Assembly: GCA_019244185.1 (NCBI GenBank)
Contig: JAFATB010000006.1
Coordinates: 192,001-256,000 of the forward strand
Direction: 5' to 3'
Length of the DNA stretch: 64,000 nucleotides
DNA from: Acidobacteriota bacterium
Lineage (GTDB): Bacteria; Acidobacteriota; Thermoanaerobaculia; Gp7-AA8
Under the pieces are notes generated by a model. The model saw nothing but the letters and a program-made list of their open reading frames with translations, was not told the origin of the DNA and ran no database searches. Positions 18,501-33,500 of this stretch are shown here, piece by piece. The position numbers and the translations under genes were made by a program. Within the stretch, counting starts at the first letter, position 1. Every line of letters starts with the position of its first letter.

Positions 18501-21500
18501 CCGAGGTAGGCGTAGCTCGTGCCGGTGAAGACGTTTTGCGCGCAGTCGGTGCCGGCGATGCAGAGATCGGGGCGGATCGAAATCAATCGGCCGTTCGTGT
18601 AGAGCTCCCACACGCGATCCGCTTCGGTCTTGCCGGCGAGATGCGGCGGGCGCGCACACGACGAGCAGCCGCTCGCGGTCTGCAGCGCGGCGAGCGTGGT
18701 GCCCGCGGGCGGCGTCGGCCACTGATAGTTGATGCTGGCGCGCGGATCGGCGATCGCGACGATCCACGGCGAGACGAACTTGTTGAAGCCTTTCTGATGG
18801 CGCAGCTGCGCGGCCATCGAGTCGGGCACGACGCGCTCGAGATAGAAGTTCGCGTCGGCGCGCGGATCGGGCGCGCCGGAGCGATCTTTCAGACGCAGAT
18901 GCGCGCGCGGGAAGCCTTCCGGCATCTGCTCGGTCGTCGCGCCGAACACGCGCTCGCTCTCGATCGCCGCGACGAGCTTGTTCGCGCCGCCGCTCAGCGA
19001 CTGCGTCATCGCACCCGGCAGCGACACTTCGACGCGGAACGCGGCGAGCGAGCCCTCGGGACCTTTGATGACGCCCGCGGGCGGATCGACGCCGAGCGGC
19101 ACGAGGCCGCCGACTTCCGCGAGACCGTTGCCGTCGCCGACGTCGGCTTTCAGCTGCACGCGCGGATCGATGGCGGCGATGACGCTGGTGGTCTTCTCCA
19201 GCACTTTGCCGACGTAGACGTAGCCGGTGTCGGCGTCGACGACCGGCGCGAGCGTGCCCGACGTGACGCCGGGCGCGGACTTCCAGACGATGCGCGGATC
19301 GTCCGCGCCGACGCCGTACGTGCCGCTACCGTACGTTGCAGTGGACGCGAGCGACGCGGCCACGGTCTTGAAGAGCGCGTTCGCGGGCAGGAGATTGCCC
19401 GTCGAATCGAAGCGTTCGTCGATGCGCGAGAGATCGACGAGCAGCACGCGACCTTCGCCGTCGACGACGGTGGCGAGGTTCGTGCGCGGAATCGCGCGCA
19501 CTGCGGCGGCGCCGCCGGGGATCCAGATGATGTCGACGAGATGCGCGTTCGCAAGCGGGTCGTACGACGGCACCATCGTCGGCGGCGTGCCGCCGATCTC
19601 GACGACGAGCAAGCCGTACTCGTAGCCGGGGACGAGCATGTAGTCGCGCACGACGCGCGTGCCGGCGGTCGAGCCGCGCTGGCCGCGCGGCGGCGCGCCG
19701 GTGACGGACGTGCCGCTGAGCGCCTTGTTGTCCTGCGCCTCGAGCGTCCAGTGGTAGTACGCGGCGCCGGTGAAGCGCGGCGTGGGCTGGCGTCCCGCGG
19801 CTTCCGCGAACTTCGCGCGGAACGGCACGAGGCGCGGATGATCGTGGACATTCGTCGCGGGAGGATCGCCGGGCGTGAAGTAGGTGTTGCGCAGCACGAG
19901 ACCGAACTGCGCGCGCTCGCCGCACGTGTCGGCGTCGCTCGGCGCCGCGGCTTCCGCATCGTTCGCGGGCGGCGCGATCTTCAGATCGAGAATGCCGCGG
20001 CGCTGATCGACGGCGAAGATGTCGAGATCGGGCGAGCCGTCGCGCGTGATGATCGTGGCGTCGGGCGAGAGCGTGAGATCGGGGATGGCGTACGTGTCGA
20101 TCGGATCGCCGCACTCGCTGCGCAGCGCCGCGTTGGTCGCGCGGATCTGCTCGCGCAGCGGCTTGTAGTTCGCGGGCCGCGTCGGATCGTCGTTCGATTC
20201 GACGGCGTTCAAATCGAACACGGCGACGCCGTAGCCGAACAGCGAGATGACGCCGTACGTGCGCTGGTTGCGGATGACGTGGATGCGGTCGTTCTTCCGC
20301 GCGACGATGCCGTTGATCGCCGCGGGCACTCCCGGATGCGCGTCCGCCGACCAGCGCATGTCGAGCGTTTCGTTCTCGACCGTGATGCGCTGCAAGCGAT
20401 ACGGATAGCCTTCCGACATCGCCTGCTGGACGTTGAAGACGCTGAGGTCGTCCGCGTCCGCCGTGGGATCGAACGCGAGCGTCAGATCCTCCGTGTCGTC
20501 CTGCAACAGAATCTGCATCTTGCGCGGCAACGCTTCCGCGCGATCGCTGAGGATCGTCGCGCTGGCGAGATCGAGACCGACCGTCGAGCCGACGCGCCAG
20601 CTGACGATCGCGCCCGCTTTGCCGGTTACCGCGCGCGGGCCCGGCGTGCCGTTCGGCAGGAAGTCTTCGAGGCGGAACGAGCGGACGATGCCGAAGAGAC
20701 CCGAGAGCGCGGTCGCGTAGACGCGGCCGTGACGATCGCTGGCGAGCGCCCAGTATTCGTCGCCGCCGCCCGCCGCGACGCCGATCGGCTGCGTCGACGC
20801 GCCGAGCGACGCGGGGTCCGCGACGTCGTACGCGACGACGCCGCCGTCGAGCGCGGTCATGAGCAGCACGTTGCCGTTGAGCGCCTGATCGCGGATCGCG
20901 CCCTTCGTGAGATCGAACGACGAGACGAGGCCGCCCGGCTCGCGCACGCGGAAGTAGAGATAGACCGGCTCGGCGAGCGGCGCGGTGGGACCGCTCTCGC
21001 CGAGGATCTGACCGATGCGCAGACCGGACTGGTCTTCGACGGTGCTGGCGATGCCGAGGCGATAGCGCATGCCGCGTTGCAATGACGCGGGAAGATCGAC
21101 GAGCACGCGGCGTCCGCCGGAGTCGACGCGGAAGTGCGCCTGCTCGGTGACGGCGGTGTAGACCGGCGCGGCGGCGGCAGGCTCTTTCGCGATCTCGACG
21201 CTGAAGCGCGTGCGGAGGTACGCGTCGATCGCGTCGTCGGATGCGTCGGAGCCGACGGCGATCGGCTCGCTGAAGACGACGGAGAGCGAGGTGTACGGAT
21301 CGACTTCCTTTTCTTCGACGAGCAGCAGCACGCGATCGCCGAGCGCGCCCGCGACTTTCAGCCCGTCGCTGCGCTTGCGGTCGATTGCGCCGTTCGTGAC
21401 GTTGAAGAGCGTGACCTGCAGATCGGCCGGCAGCGGCGTCGACGAGTCGACGGCGGTGATCGAGTCGCCCTCGAGCTTGACGACGAAGTTGCGGATCGAG

Positions 21501-24500
21501 ACGGGCGTGTCGCTGGCGATGAGGTCGAGCGTTTCGACGCGGAACGGCGTGCCGTACACGGGATACGGACCTTCGCGATCGGGATTCGGATTCGGAAGGA
21601 TGGCGGCGGCGCCGGGATCGCCGTTCGGAATCGGATCGTAGACTTTCGCGAAGCCCTGCAGTCCGGTCGCGGCGTCGACGCCGACGACCTGGAAGGGCTT
21701 GTTCGTCAGGACCGGAATGGCGATCGTGCCGCGCCGCTCGGCGAGATAAAAGTGCGCGGCGTAGAGCGACTGGAGCGTGTCCCAGAAGAGGTCGTAGCCG
21801 GCCTGCAGGCCGGTCATCGCGCCCCACGCGACGGACGAGCCGTCGGGCACGCGGATGTCGAGGACGGAGTAGACGCCGCTGCGGTTGACGCCGAGCAGGT
21901 AGTTGCGCAACGCGGAGCCGGTGAGCACGGCGTTCGACGTCACGGCGCGTTTCTGCGTCGTCTGCTGCGTGCCGGACGTCGCGTCGGCGGTGACGAAGCG
22001 GCCGTTGTCGACGCGAACGCTGTCGACGATCATCACGCGCGGACCGCGCACGGAGAGTCCGAGGTAGCCGAGAAGGAAGTTGCGATTCGCGGTGTCGGTG
22101 CCGGCGGGAACCGGGAGCTCGACGTCGAGGCGCTTGTTGGCGACGCCGTCGAATTTCAGCTCGAGGCTGTTCGCGTAGCGCAGCTCGTCGTCGAAATGCG
22201 GCACCGCGGCGAACGCGGTCTGCTGACTCGGCGTCAGCGTGACCATCGTCGCTTTGTCGAACGCGCCCGCGGGAACGCTGACGGTGAGGCCATCGGGCGT
22301 CGTGTACTTCGTATCGAGATCGGCGGGCGCGAGGAAGCCGCGGCCGTCGTCGGTGATGAACGGCGTGAGGCGGAGGATCGCGATGATGGCGTGACTGACG
22401 GGATCGAGAACCTGCAGATCGATGATGTCGTCGACGCTGATGCGGTCGCGCGCATCGAGATGGCCGGCGTCGAACGCGAACGAGCCGTCGGCGGCGACGG
22501 TGGCGTCGTAGGTGACGACGAAGAAGTGATTGCGGCGCACGGCCACGGCCTGAGCGCCGCCGGGCAGCGCGCCGGCGGTACCGCTGATGCGCGACTTGCC
22601 GTTCGCGTCCGGAATGGTGATGTGAATGCGGTCGGCGTGAATCGTGGCGTTCGACGGCGTGGCGCGCGTCGAGAAGGTCGACGTGGAGGTCTGGCCGAAC
22701 GGCGTGCCGGTGGTCGAACGGATCGTCGGCAGCACCGCGATCGCGTACGTCGACGCCGCGCGCAGCGGATCGGTCGCGTTGAAGCGGACGCTGTTCGCGC
22801 CGCCGAGGGAGACCGTGCCGGCGAGCGGCGCATTCGTGGTGAGGTTCGTGACACGGATGCCGTTCGCGACGGACGCGGCGTCGATGGACGTGTCGAACGT
22901 CGCCTGGACGACGAGCGGCGCCGTGACGTCGAGCTCCGCGCCGTCGGCCGGAGCGATGGCGGTGAGATGCGGCGGCTGCGCGGAAAGCGTGAGCGCGCCG
23001 AAGTCGACGAAGGTGTCGGGATCGGGGCTGCCCGTGAAGGCGGATGCGGCGCCGTCGCCGAGCGCCGCGGTGCGCGCCACGAGCGAGAACGGCGCGGCCG
23101 GTTTCGCGGCGACGGGGATGACGAAGACGCCGTCGATGCGCGTGAGATCGCGCACGCCGAGAACGGAGGACATCGGCGCGCCGATGCCGGAGGTGACGCG
23201 CGCGTTCGCGACCGCGGCGCCGCCCGCGCTGCGCACGGTGCCGAAGGCGTATGCGATCGGCGCGTCGGCGACGAGGACGACGTAGCGGCCGTCCCGAACG
23301 ACGCCGTCGAGCGGCAGCTGCGTCGAGACGATCGGGCGCGAGACGAAGACGTTGGAGGTTGACGACGACGATGCCGACATCAGGGCCACGACGCGGAACA
23401 GCACGCCGAACGGCGTCGATGGGAGCACTTCCGCGACGATGACCTGCGCGTTCGCGCTCGCGGACGGCACGGCGATGGTGACGCGCGCGGGCGTGAGGAG
23501 CGCTGGCGCGTGGATCGCGACGCCGTCGGTGGGCGGCGGCTCGTTCGCGCGCGTGAGGCTGAAGGTGAAGCCGGCGGCGACGCGGAAGCCGGGCACGGCG
23601 CCGAGCGACGCGAGCTCGTTGTCGGAGAGCGAAGTCACGGAGGCGTGCAGCGGCTCGGGGGTGGCGGCGGCGGGGACGTCGAGGAGCACGTTGCCGTCGC
23701 CGGGGACGCGGCCGCCGTCCGCGCCCAGGAGCGTGCCGCGGTCGATGCGGCCGGGATAGTCGACGATGCGGATGTGATCGACGCCGTCGCGAAGGATCAC
23801 CGCCTGCGCCTGCGCGGTCGGCGCGAGGTGGAAGTCGGCGACGCCGTCGGTGCCGGCGAGATTGCGATAGATGAGGAGGTCGGTCGCGAACGGCGGATCG
23901 ACGAGCGTGCGGCCGTCGGCGAGGTTGAGCTGCTCGTCGATGAAGGCCTGCACCGCGGTGCCGCTCGGATACGGCTTCGCGCCGTCGGTGGTCAGCGTGG
24001 CGACGGTGCGGCCGCTCGGCAGCACGGCATTCGGATTCAGCGTGAACGAGCGGCCGGTGAGGCGGCAGGTATCGGGCGTGGTGAGGCACGGATTGGCGAC
24101 GCCGGTGAGCGCGGCGCCGGCGCGGGCGACGAGGCTCGAGTTCTTGTCGGCATAGACGAGCGCGTAGTTGCCGGCGGCGTCGATGTCGAAGGACGCGCGG
24201 CCGTCGGAGCCGACGTTTGCGGCGGGGACGACGACGCGCCATTCGTCGGCGCCGCTGTCGTAGTGCACGAGCGCGAGCGACTGCGCGGCGGCGGTGATCG
24301 CGTTCGCGTCGACGACGAAGGTGAGACGCGCGCCGGGCAATGCGATCGGTGACGACGCGTCGTCGATGGCGATCTCCGCGGACGCGAGCGGCGCCCAGCC
24401 GAGCGGCAGAAGACCCGCCAGCGACTGGCCGCCGACGGAGGTGAGGCGCACGCGGTGCGTGCCGGCGAGCGACGTCACGGCGAGCGCGAGCTCGACGCGT

Positions 24501-27500
24501 TTGGTGACGGCGGTGTCGGCGCCGTGTTGCAGCGTCAGCGCGGCGTTGTTCGCCTGTTTCTCGTCGCCGCCTTTGGTGAGGCGGATGTCGATCGGGACGA
24601 CGCCGGCGCCAGCGGGGACGACGACCTGGCGCCAGACGGTGGTGTAGCCGGGCGCGCCGGCGCGGACGGTGTAGGCGCCTTCAGGCAGCGCGTACGAGTA
24701 GCGTCCGCGATCGGAGGTGGTCAACGTATTGACTGCCGCGATCTCGAGCTGCGCGCCGGCGAGCGGGCGGCCGTTCGTGGCGTCGTAGACGGCGCCGGAG
24801 ACGTAGCCGTTGCCGCGTCCCGCGGTCGTGTCGGTGCTGTACGTGAACGTCTGCGTGTAGTCGGCGGTGAGCGAGGCGCCGCCCGCGTCCTTCACGCTCT
24901 TTTTGACGGTCAGGGTGATGTTCTTCGCGGGCAGCGAGGCGAAGGTGATGGTCGCAGTCTGGCCGCCGGTGTCGAGTGCAACGGTCCCGGTGAGCGCGCT
25001 CTCCCCTTCCGGCGTCACGAGCAGCGTGCCCGAGGGCGACGCGATCAGCGACGCGAGGTCCATCGGCTTCGAGAACTGGATGGCGAGCGTCTTCGCGTTG
25101 CGGTCGAGCGTGGCGCCGACGACCTGCAGCGTGGCGCAGCTGAGGCGATAGCAGAGCGCGCGCTCGGCGGAGAGGCTGCCGTCGGCGCCGAGCTCGCGCA
25201 CGCGCACGAGGTGATAGCCGGTCTGGCCAGAGAACGTAAGCGCGGCCTTGAACGCGCCGGTGTCGGAGGCCTGCGCGGTGAGCACGACGCCATCGACTTC
25301 GACGCGCGCCTGCGCGTTCGGCGAGACGCGGCCGGTGATCGTGGTGCCGCTGAAACAGCCGGTGGTCGTGGCCTCGTCGAGAATCGGCGCGTTCGACGGC
25401 GCGCTGCCGCCGGCGGTGAAGGCGAACGTGTACGGCGACGCGAGCGCGCCCCCGGCGACGTCGTGCAGCGATGAGGCGATGGTGGCGGTGTAGCGCACGC
25501 CGGCGCGCAGCGGCTGGTGCGGTGCGAACGTGATCGCGTCGCGATCGACGAAGACATCGCCGTCGACAGGGCCGTCGACGCTGCCGTCGGTGCTCGTCAG
25601 CTGGAACGCGTTCGCGGCGGTGGCGCCGTCGAGCGCGTGATTGAAGAGCACAACCAGCGCGACGCCGCGCTCGACGTCGGCGGCGTCGTTCGCGGGGAAC
25701 GACTCGCGCACGGCCAGCGGCTCGGCGAAGCGGATGACGCGCACGGCATCCGTCGCGTCGCGCGCGTCGGGCGCGGTGACGCGTGCAATCAGCGGGGTGA
25801 TGCCGGAGCTCGACGCCGAGAGCGTGACGTCGGCGGCGAAGGCGTTCGCCGTGAGGGTCGCGTTGACGCCGTTCACCTGCACGGCCGAGCCGGCGTCGCC
25901 GGTGAAGGTGCCGGCGACGCGCACGGCGCCGCTCTGCGTCGACGGCAGGTAGGTGTTGTCGCGCGGCGTGTCGATGGCGATCGACGGGCCGCCGGCGAGC
26001 TGGGTCACGTTCACGCGCGCGGTCGTCTGCGTGCCCGCGGCGTTGCGCGCGGTGGCTTCGATGACGGTGACGGCGGCGCTGGCGACCGGCACGCTCGCCG
26101 TGAACGTGCCGGTGGTGTCGGACTGCGGCGTCGCGGTGGCGGCGCGCGATGTGCCGCCGGCGCTGACCGTGATCGTCGCCGGCTCGACGTTCGCGTACGT
26201 GCCGGTGACGTCGATCGACGACGCCCCGCTGTCGCTGCCGGTGAGCGGCGCGGTGATGCTGAGTTGCGGCGCGGCGGTGAGCGCGCGCACGCGCGTGGTG
26301 GCGATGCCGACGCGCGCCGAGCGCGTCTTCGCGCGCACGGTGAGGACGCTGAGTCCTGGCGCGACGGGGACGTTCGGAACGCTGAACGAATGCGAATCCG
26401 CGCCGTCGTCGGCGACGGTGAATGCGATGCCGTTGACGTCACCGGAAACGACGCCCGCGCCGACGGTGCCGCTGACGGTGACGCTGCTGGTCGTCACGCT
26501 GCTGTTCGCGGCAGGCGACGCGATGGTCACGACCGGATCGTCGTAGCGATAGAGCACGAGCGTGACCGGCGCGTCCGTGGTCGGATTGCCCGACGCGTCG
26601 GCGCAGCGGATGGTGACTTCGTTGCGGCCCGGCGCGAGCGTGGCGTCGCCGCAGAACGAGCCGGCGGCGACGGCGGCCGCGAGGCCGTCGATCAGCACGC
26701 CCGCGGCGCCGCCGGAGCGGCCGCTGATGTGCACGTGCTCGCTGAAGACCGCGGCGCCGTCGGCGGGATCGAACTGCCCGAGGCCGCAGCCGGATACCGT
26801 GGCCGCATTGCCGATGAAGAAGACGCGATCGACGCGCGTCTCGTCGCCGGCCGCGTCGCGCGCGGTGGCGGTGAGCGCGTGGCCACCGTCGGCGAGCGGC
26901 GTGACGCCGGCGGCGACGAGGTCGCCGTCGACGCTGAGCGTGGTCACGAGGCCGTCGGGCTGGTTGTCGGTGACGTCGAGCGCGAGACTCGGCGAGGCGG
27001 CAAAATGCGCGCCGTCGGCGAGGTCGGCGCCGTTCGCGGTGACGCGCAGCACCGGCGGCGTGAAGTCGGCGGTGACGTGGACGGAGACGCTGCTCACCTG
27101 GCCGCGATCGTTCGTGAGCGACGCGGTGATCGTGTTTGCGCCTTCGACGAGCGGGAAATCATTCTTGCGGAACGCGCCGGCGGGATCGAGCGCGACGGTT
27201 GCGCCATTGATCGTGACGCCGCGCGCGGCGGCGGGCGTCAGCACCTGGCCGGCGACGAGCGTCGTCGGACGATTGGTCAACATCTTGTCGACCGGCGCGA
27301 AGAGCAGGAGCCCGTTGCCGCCGCTGTCGCGCACGACGTCGACGGAATCCGACGCGCTGTTGCCGGCAGCGTCGGCCGCGATAGCGACGATCGTGTTCGG
27401 ACCGGCGTCGAGCGGCACCGTCGCGCTGAACGCGCCGCCGGCCAGCGTCGCGGCGACGCCGTTCACGGTGACGCTGACGACGTCGTGGCCGCTGACCGTG

Positions 27501-30500
27501 CCCTGCACCTCGACGCGGTCGGCGTCGATCACCGCGTGATCGGCGGGAGTCGTGATGGTCACGACCGGCACGCTGCGATCGATGCGGAACGTGGCCGTGA
27601 CCGTCGCGGACTCGTGGCCGAACGCATCCTTCGCCTTCGCCGTCAGCGTGTAGTCGCCGTCGTTCGTCACTTCGCTTCCCGACGTGAACGGCGCGCCGTT
27701 CAGCGTGGCCGCGATCGTGGCCGCGGAATCGTTCGAACGAATGACGGGCGTGACCGCGCGGCGGTAGACCTGATGCGGCGGGATCGGCAATCCGTTCTCG
27801 ACGATCTCGACGGACGGCGCCGCGCCGCGGATGGTCAACGTGTAGACCATTCGCGACTGGTTGCCCGCCGCGTCGATCGCGAGGAGCGCGAGCGTGTTCA
27901 GCCCTTCCTGCAGCGCGACCGGCAGCGTGAAGTGCACGCCGTCGACCTGCGCGGTCTGGCCCGTCGATTCGATGACCACGGCGGCCGGCTCGCTCAGCGT
28001 GCCGGTCAGCGACGCCGGCTTCTCGCCGACGGTGGCGTTGTTCGCGGGATCGATCGACGTGATGAACGGCGGCGTGCGGTCGATCGTGAAGGCGACCACC
28101 TTCTCGTCGGAGACGTGGCCCGCGCAGTCGCGCGCCGTCGCGCGCAGCACGTGCGGCGCGGGGAGCTCGTTCGCGATCGCGGTGCCGGAGACGTACGGCT
28201 GGCCGTCGAGCGTGACCGTCAGCGCGGCGCCGGCTTCGTTCGCGCGGACGTCGAGCGCGATCGGCCGGTTCACCACCGGCGCGGCGAACGGCGCGCCGCC
28301 TTCACGCACTTCGACGACGGGCTTCGTGCGATCGATGGAGATCGCGACCGTGGCCGCGGCGGTGTGCCCGGCGAGGTCGACCGCCTCGACGCGGATCGTG
28401 AATTTTCCTTCGTCCGGCGCGGGAATCGTCGCCGTGAACGTGCGGTGGTCGTCGCCGACCGTCGCGTTGACGACCGCCGTTCCCATCGTCACCTTCACGC
28501 TCGCCAGCGACACCTCGGATACCTGCCCGCGCACTTCCACCGCGTTCGTATCGAGGCACGCGTTCGCGGACGGCGCCTCGATCGTCACCGCCGGCGCGAG
28601 CGTGTCGAGCGTCACCGGAATGGCGATGGTCGTGTTGTTGCCGGCGCGGTCGAAGCCGATGGCCTCGATCGTGTTCTCGCCTTCGAGCAGCTCGAGCTCG
28701 ACCGGCGTCGTGAACTTGCGATCGGCGATGGTGGCGTCGATGCCGTTGACTTCGATGCCGATCGCGTCGTCCGCGTCGCCGCTGACGAGGATGCGCGGCG
28801 TGGTGAGGCTCGTGTTCGCGAGCGGGCTCGTGATCGCGATCGCCGGCGGCGTCTTGTCGATGGTGAACGTCACCGGCGGCACATCCGTCGAGAGACCGAC
28901 GCGGTCGGTCACCCTCACTTTCAACGTGTACGTGCCTTCGGCCGTGACCGGCGTCTCCAGCGTGTACGGCTGATCGTTGAGCGTGGCCGTCGTCGTCGTA
29001 TCCGTGGTGTCGGTGATGACCGCGCGCGGCACGACGTCGCGGTTGAAGAACTGGCCGTCGGTCAGCTCCTTTTCGCCTTCCATGAGCGTGACCACCGGCG
29101 CGGTGCGATCGATGTAGAAGACGATCGCGGGGATGGTCGTACTCCACGCCAGCTCGTCGGTGACCGTCGCGGTGAGCGAGTACTTTCCTTCCGCGGTGAT
29201 GTCACCGCCGAACGTGAACGGCTGTTCGTTGAGCAGCGCGGTCGTGGTCGTCGGCGTCGTGTCGCTGACGGTGAGCTCGGGGTGGACGTTGCGGTTGAAC
29301 GCGCCGCCGGCGAACGGCTGGCCGTTCTCCGTCACCGTCACGACCGGCGCGGTCTTGTCGATGGTGAAGGTGATCGGCGGAACGACGGTTGCGTGCCCGA
29401 GGTGATCGGTGACGGTGATCGCGAGGACGTGATCCGCGAGCTCGGTGGAGATGGTGCTGTCGGGCGTCCACGGCGCGTTGTCAAGCGTCGCCGTCGTGGT
29501 CGTGGCGGTGAGGTCGTCGATGTCGAGCTTCGGCTCGACGTCGCGATTGAACTTGCCGCCGGTGAACGCCACGCCGTGCTCGAGCACGTGCACGACCGGC
29601 GCGGACTTGTCGATGATGAACGTGATCGGCGGGAGCGTGGTCGTCCAGTGCGCGGCGTCGGTCACCGAGACCGCGAGGACGTGCTCGCGCTCGTCCGCGA
29701 TCGGCGTCCCGCTCGTCCACGGCGCGCCGTCGAGCGTCGCTTCGACCGTCGTCGCGCTGATGTCGTCGACGGCGATGATCGGCGCGATCGTGTCGCCGAA
29801 CTCGTCGCTGGTCGCGAGCACGCGGTCGCCCACCTTCACGCTGACCGCGGGCGGCGTCGTGTCGACCACGAAGTGCACGGTGGGAACGGTCGTCGACCAG
29901 TTCGCGGCGTCCGTTACCTTGATATCCAACGAATGCGCGCCGTCGCCGGCGATGGGCGTGCCGAGGATGTAGGAGTTGCCGTCGAGCTTCGCGTCGATCG
30001 TGTACGCGGTGAGATCGGAGACCGCGACCTGCGGCAGCGCGGGATGCGCGAGCAGCGCGCCGCTCACGAACGGCGTACCGTTCTCCGTGAGCGTTACGAC
30101 CGGCGGCGTCTTGTCGACGGTGAAGACGATCGGCGGCACGTTCGTGACGAACCCGAGCTCGTCGGTGGCCTTGATGACGAGCACGTGGCGATCTTCGCGC
30201 GTGACCGTCGTCTCCGACGTGAACGGTGCGTCGTCCAGCGTGGCCTCGATCGTGACGTGCGTGGTGTCGTTCGACTCGATCTTCGGCGTAACGTCGCGGT
30301 TGAAGATCGTGTCCGACACGAGCGGCGCGCCTGACTCGGTCACGGTGACGACCGGCGCCGATTTGTCGATCGTGAACGCGATCGGCGGCACCACCGTCAC
30401 CCACCCCAGCTCATCCGTCACCGTCACATTCAGCGTGTAGACGCCCTCGGAGGAGATCTCCTGTCCCGAGGTCCACGGCGTTTCGTGCTGGCCGTCGCTG

Positions 30501-33500
30501 AGCGTGGCGTTGGTGATCGTCTCGGTGAGATCGTCGATGCGAACGAGCGGCGTGACGGAGCGCTTGAACTTGCCGCCGGTGAACGGCTGATCGGCGTCGT
30601 CGAGGTGCTCGACGACGTGCACGACCGGCGCGGTCTTGTCGATGACGAAGTGGATTGGCTCGAGCGCGCGCTCGTTGCCGACGTCGTCCTTCACGTGCAC
30701 GACGAGCGTGTAGCGCGCGTCGGCCTCGATGGCCGTGCCGCGCGTGTACGGCTGGTCGTTGAGCGTGAGCGTGTACGTGGTCTCGGTGAGGTCGTCGGCC
30801 GTGATCTCCGGCGTGATCGCGGCCTTGAACTTCGCGCCGTCCTCGAGGTCTTCGCCGTCGACGCGCACGTGCACGTCGGGCGCGGTCTTGTCGAGCACGA
30901 ACGTGAACGGACCGACGCTCTTGGTGAGCCCGCCCGCGTCCGTCGCCGTCGCGGAGATCGTGTGCACCTTCTCTTCGCTGACGACGCGGCCCGGCGGCAG
31001 CTCGTGATTGTCGAGCAGCACGACGACGTCCGGCGGCTTGCTGAGGTTGTCGTCGGCTTCCGTCGACGGCGTGATGTCGCCCGCGAACTTGAAGCTGTTG
31101 TCGACGAACTCTTTTCCGGGCGCGGCGAAGAGACGCAGCGTCGGCGGCGTGCGGTCGATCGTGAAGTCGGCTTCGACGGTCGTCGACAAACCGGCGAGGT
31201 TCGTGACGACGACTTTCAGGTGATGCTTACCTTCCGGCACGTACGGCGTGTCGAGCACGTACGCCTGGCCGTCGATGGTGGCGGTCTTCGTCGTCTCCGT
31301 TGCGGCGACGACGTGCACGCCGGCGACGACGTCGCGCGTGAACGTTTTGCCCACCGGGAACGGTTGCCCGCTCTCGAGCAGCGACACCTCGGGGGCGTTC
31401 TTGTCGAGATGGAACAGGATCTCGGGCGACGTGGACGTGTTGCCGGCCGCATCGCGCGCGTCGACGACGATCTTGTGGCTGCCGTTCGTCGTGTACAGCT
31501 GGCCGAGGACGTACGGGGCGCCGTCGATGTGCGCGGTGAGCTCGTACGGCGTGATGTCTTCCGCGCTCGCGTTGAGCGCGATATCGCGCGCGAACGACGC
31601 GCCTTCGAGGAGCGGCGTCGTGCCTTCGAACACGGAGATCTTCGGCGGCGTCTGGTCGACGATGAACGTCGCGGAGACGGTGGTCGTCCACTGCAGCTCG
31701 TCGGTCACTTTCACGACCAGCGTGTGCGTGCCTTCCGCGGACACCGGCAGCGACAGCGAGAACGGCCTGTCGTCGAGTGTGGCCTCGGTCGTCCACTGGC
31801 TCGTGTCGCTGACATTGGCGACGACGGTGACGTCGTGCGCGAAGATCGCGCCGGTCGCCGGCAGCGGCTGGCCGTTCGCGACGAGACCGACGACCGGCGG
31901 CTCGGTGTCGACGAGGAGATCGAGCTTCCCGTCGGTGGCGTTGCCGAGCGCGTCGACAGCGTGCACGGTGATGGAGTGCGCGCCTTGCGGCACCGGCGTC
32001 TTCGCCACGTACGGCTGCGTGCCGTCGAGCGTCGCCGTGAACGTGACGGCGGAGAGCGCGTCGGTGACCTGCAGGTCGATCGACGGGACGCGGTTGAAGT
32101 CGCGGCGCACGCTCGTGTCGAGCACGGCGTTGCTCTCGAGGAACTTCACCAGCGGCCCGGTCTTGTCGACGAGCACGCGCACTTCGGCGTCGGTCGTGTT
32201 GTCCGCGCGATCGGTCGCGTGCACGGCGACGACGTGCGGTCCGTCCGTCGCGATCGCGGCGCCGGACGTGTAGTCGGTGCCGTCGAGCTTCGCCGTGTAC
32301 GCGACGCCGGGCAGGTTGTCGGTGACGCTGATGACGACGTGCGCGTCGCGGCCGAACGGCGTCTGCACGTTCGTGTCGAGCGCGGTGCCCGACTCGGAGA
32401 ACGCGATCGCGGGCTTCGTCTTGTCGACGAGCAGAGTCAGCGTCGCGTCAGCGGTGTTGCCCGCGGCGTCAATCGCGTGCACCACGAGCGCGTGCTCGCC
32501 TTCCGCAACGATGTTCGTGTTCGTCGTGTACGGCGCGCCGTCGAGCGTGGCGGTGAAGGTCGCGGACGAGACGGCATCCGTCGCGCGCACGTCGATGGCG
32601 ACGTCGCGGCGGAACTTCTGCAGGTCGCGCGGATCGAGCTTCGTCGCGCCGTCGTAGAACGCGATCACCGGCGCGCTCTTGTCGACGAGTAGCGAGAGCG
32701 TGACGTCGGTGACGTTCCCCGCCTCGTCCGTCGCGTGTACTTTCAGCGCGTGCGTTCCCTCGGCCGTAATCGTCGCGAGCGAGGTGTACGCGGCGCCGTC
32801 GAGCGTGGCTGCCGACTGCACCTGTGTCGTCGCGTCGCTGGCGAGAATCTCGACCGCGGCATCGCGCGCGAACTTTGCCGTCTGCGCGGGATCGAGCGTC
32901 GTGCCCGACTCGCGCAGCACGACCACCGGCGCGACTTTGTCGACGAGCACGTCGAGCGTGGCCGTGGCCGGGTTGCCCGCCTCATCGACCGCATTGACGA
33001 CGATCTTGTGCCACCCCTCCGTCGGGATCGGATCGAGCGAGCGCCACGCGTGGCCGTCGAGCGTGGCCGTGTACGTCGGCGTCGACTGCGCGTCGGTGAG
33101 CCGCACCTCGATGGCCGGATCGATCTTGAACTTCGCGATCGGATCGAGCTTCACGCCCGCCGCGTAGAACGCGATCGTGGGCGCGCCGAGGTCGACGAGG
33201 ATCGTGGCCTGGACGGTGCGGCGGTTGCGCACGCCGTCGAGCGCGTCGACGACAAGGTAGTGCGTCCCTTCCTGCGCGATCGGCGTCTTCGCGACGTACG
33301 GGTGCCCGTCGAGCGTGGCGGTGTACGTCGTCGCGGTCCAGGCGTCCGTTACCTGGATATCAATCGATGGCGGCCGGTTGAATTTCGAATTCGGCAGCGG
33401 CAGCGGCGTGCCCGATTCCGTGAGCGTGACGACCGGCTGCGACTTGTCGACGAGCACCTTCACTTCGCTCTCGACGGCGTTGCCGGCGCGATCGACCGCG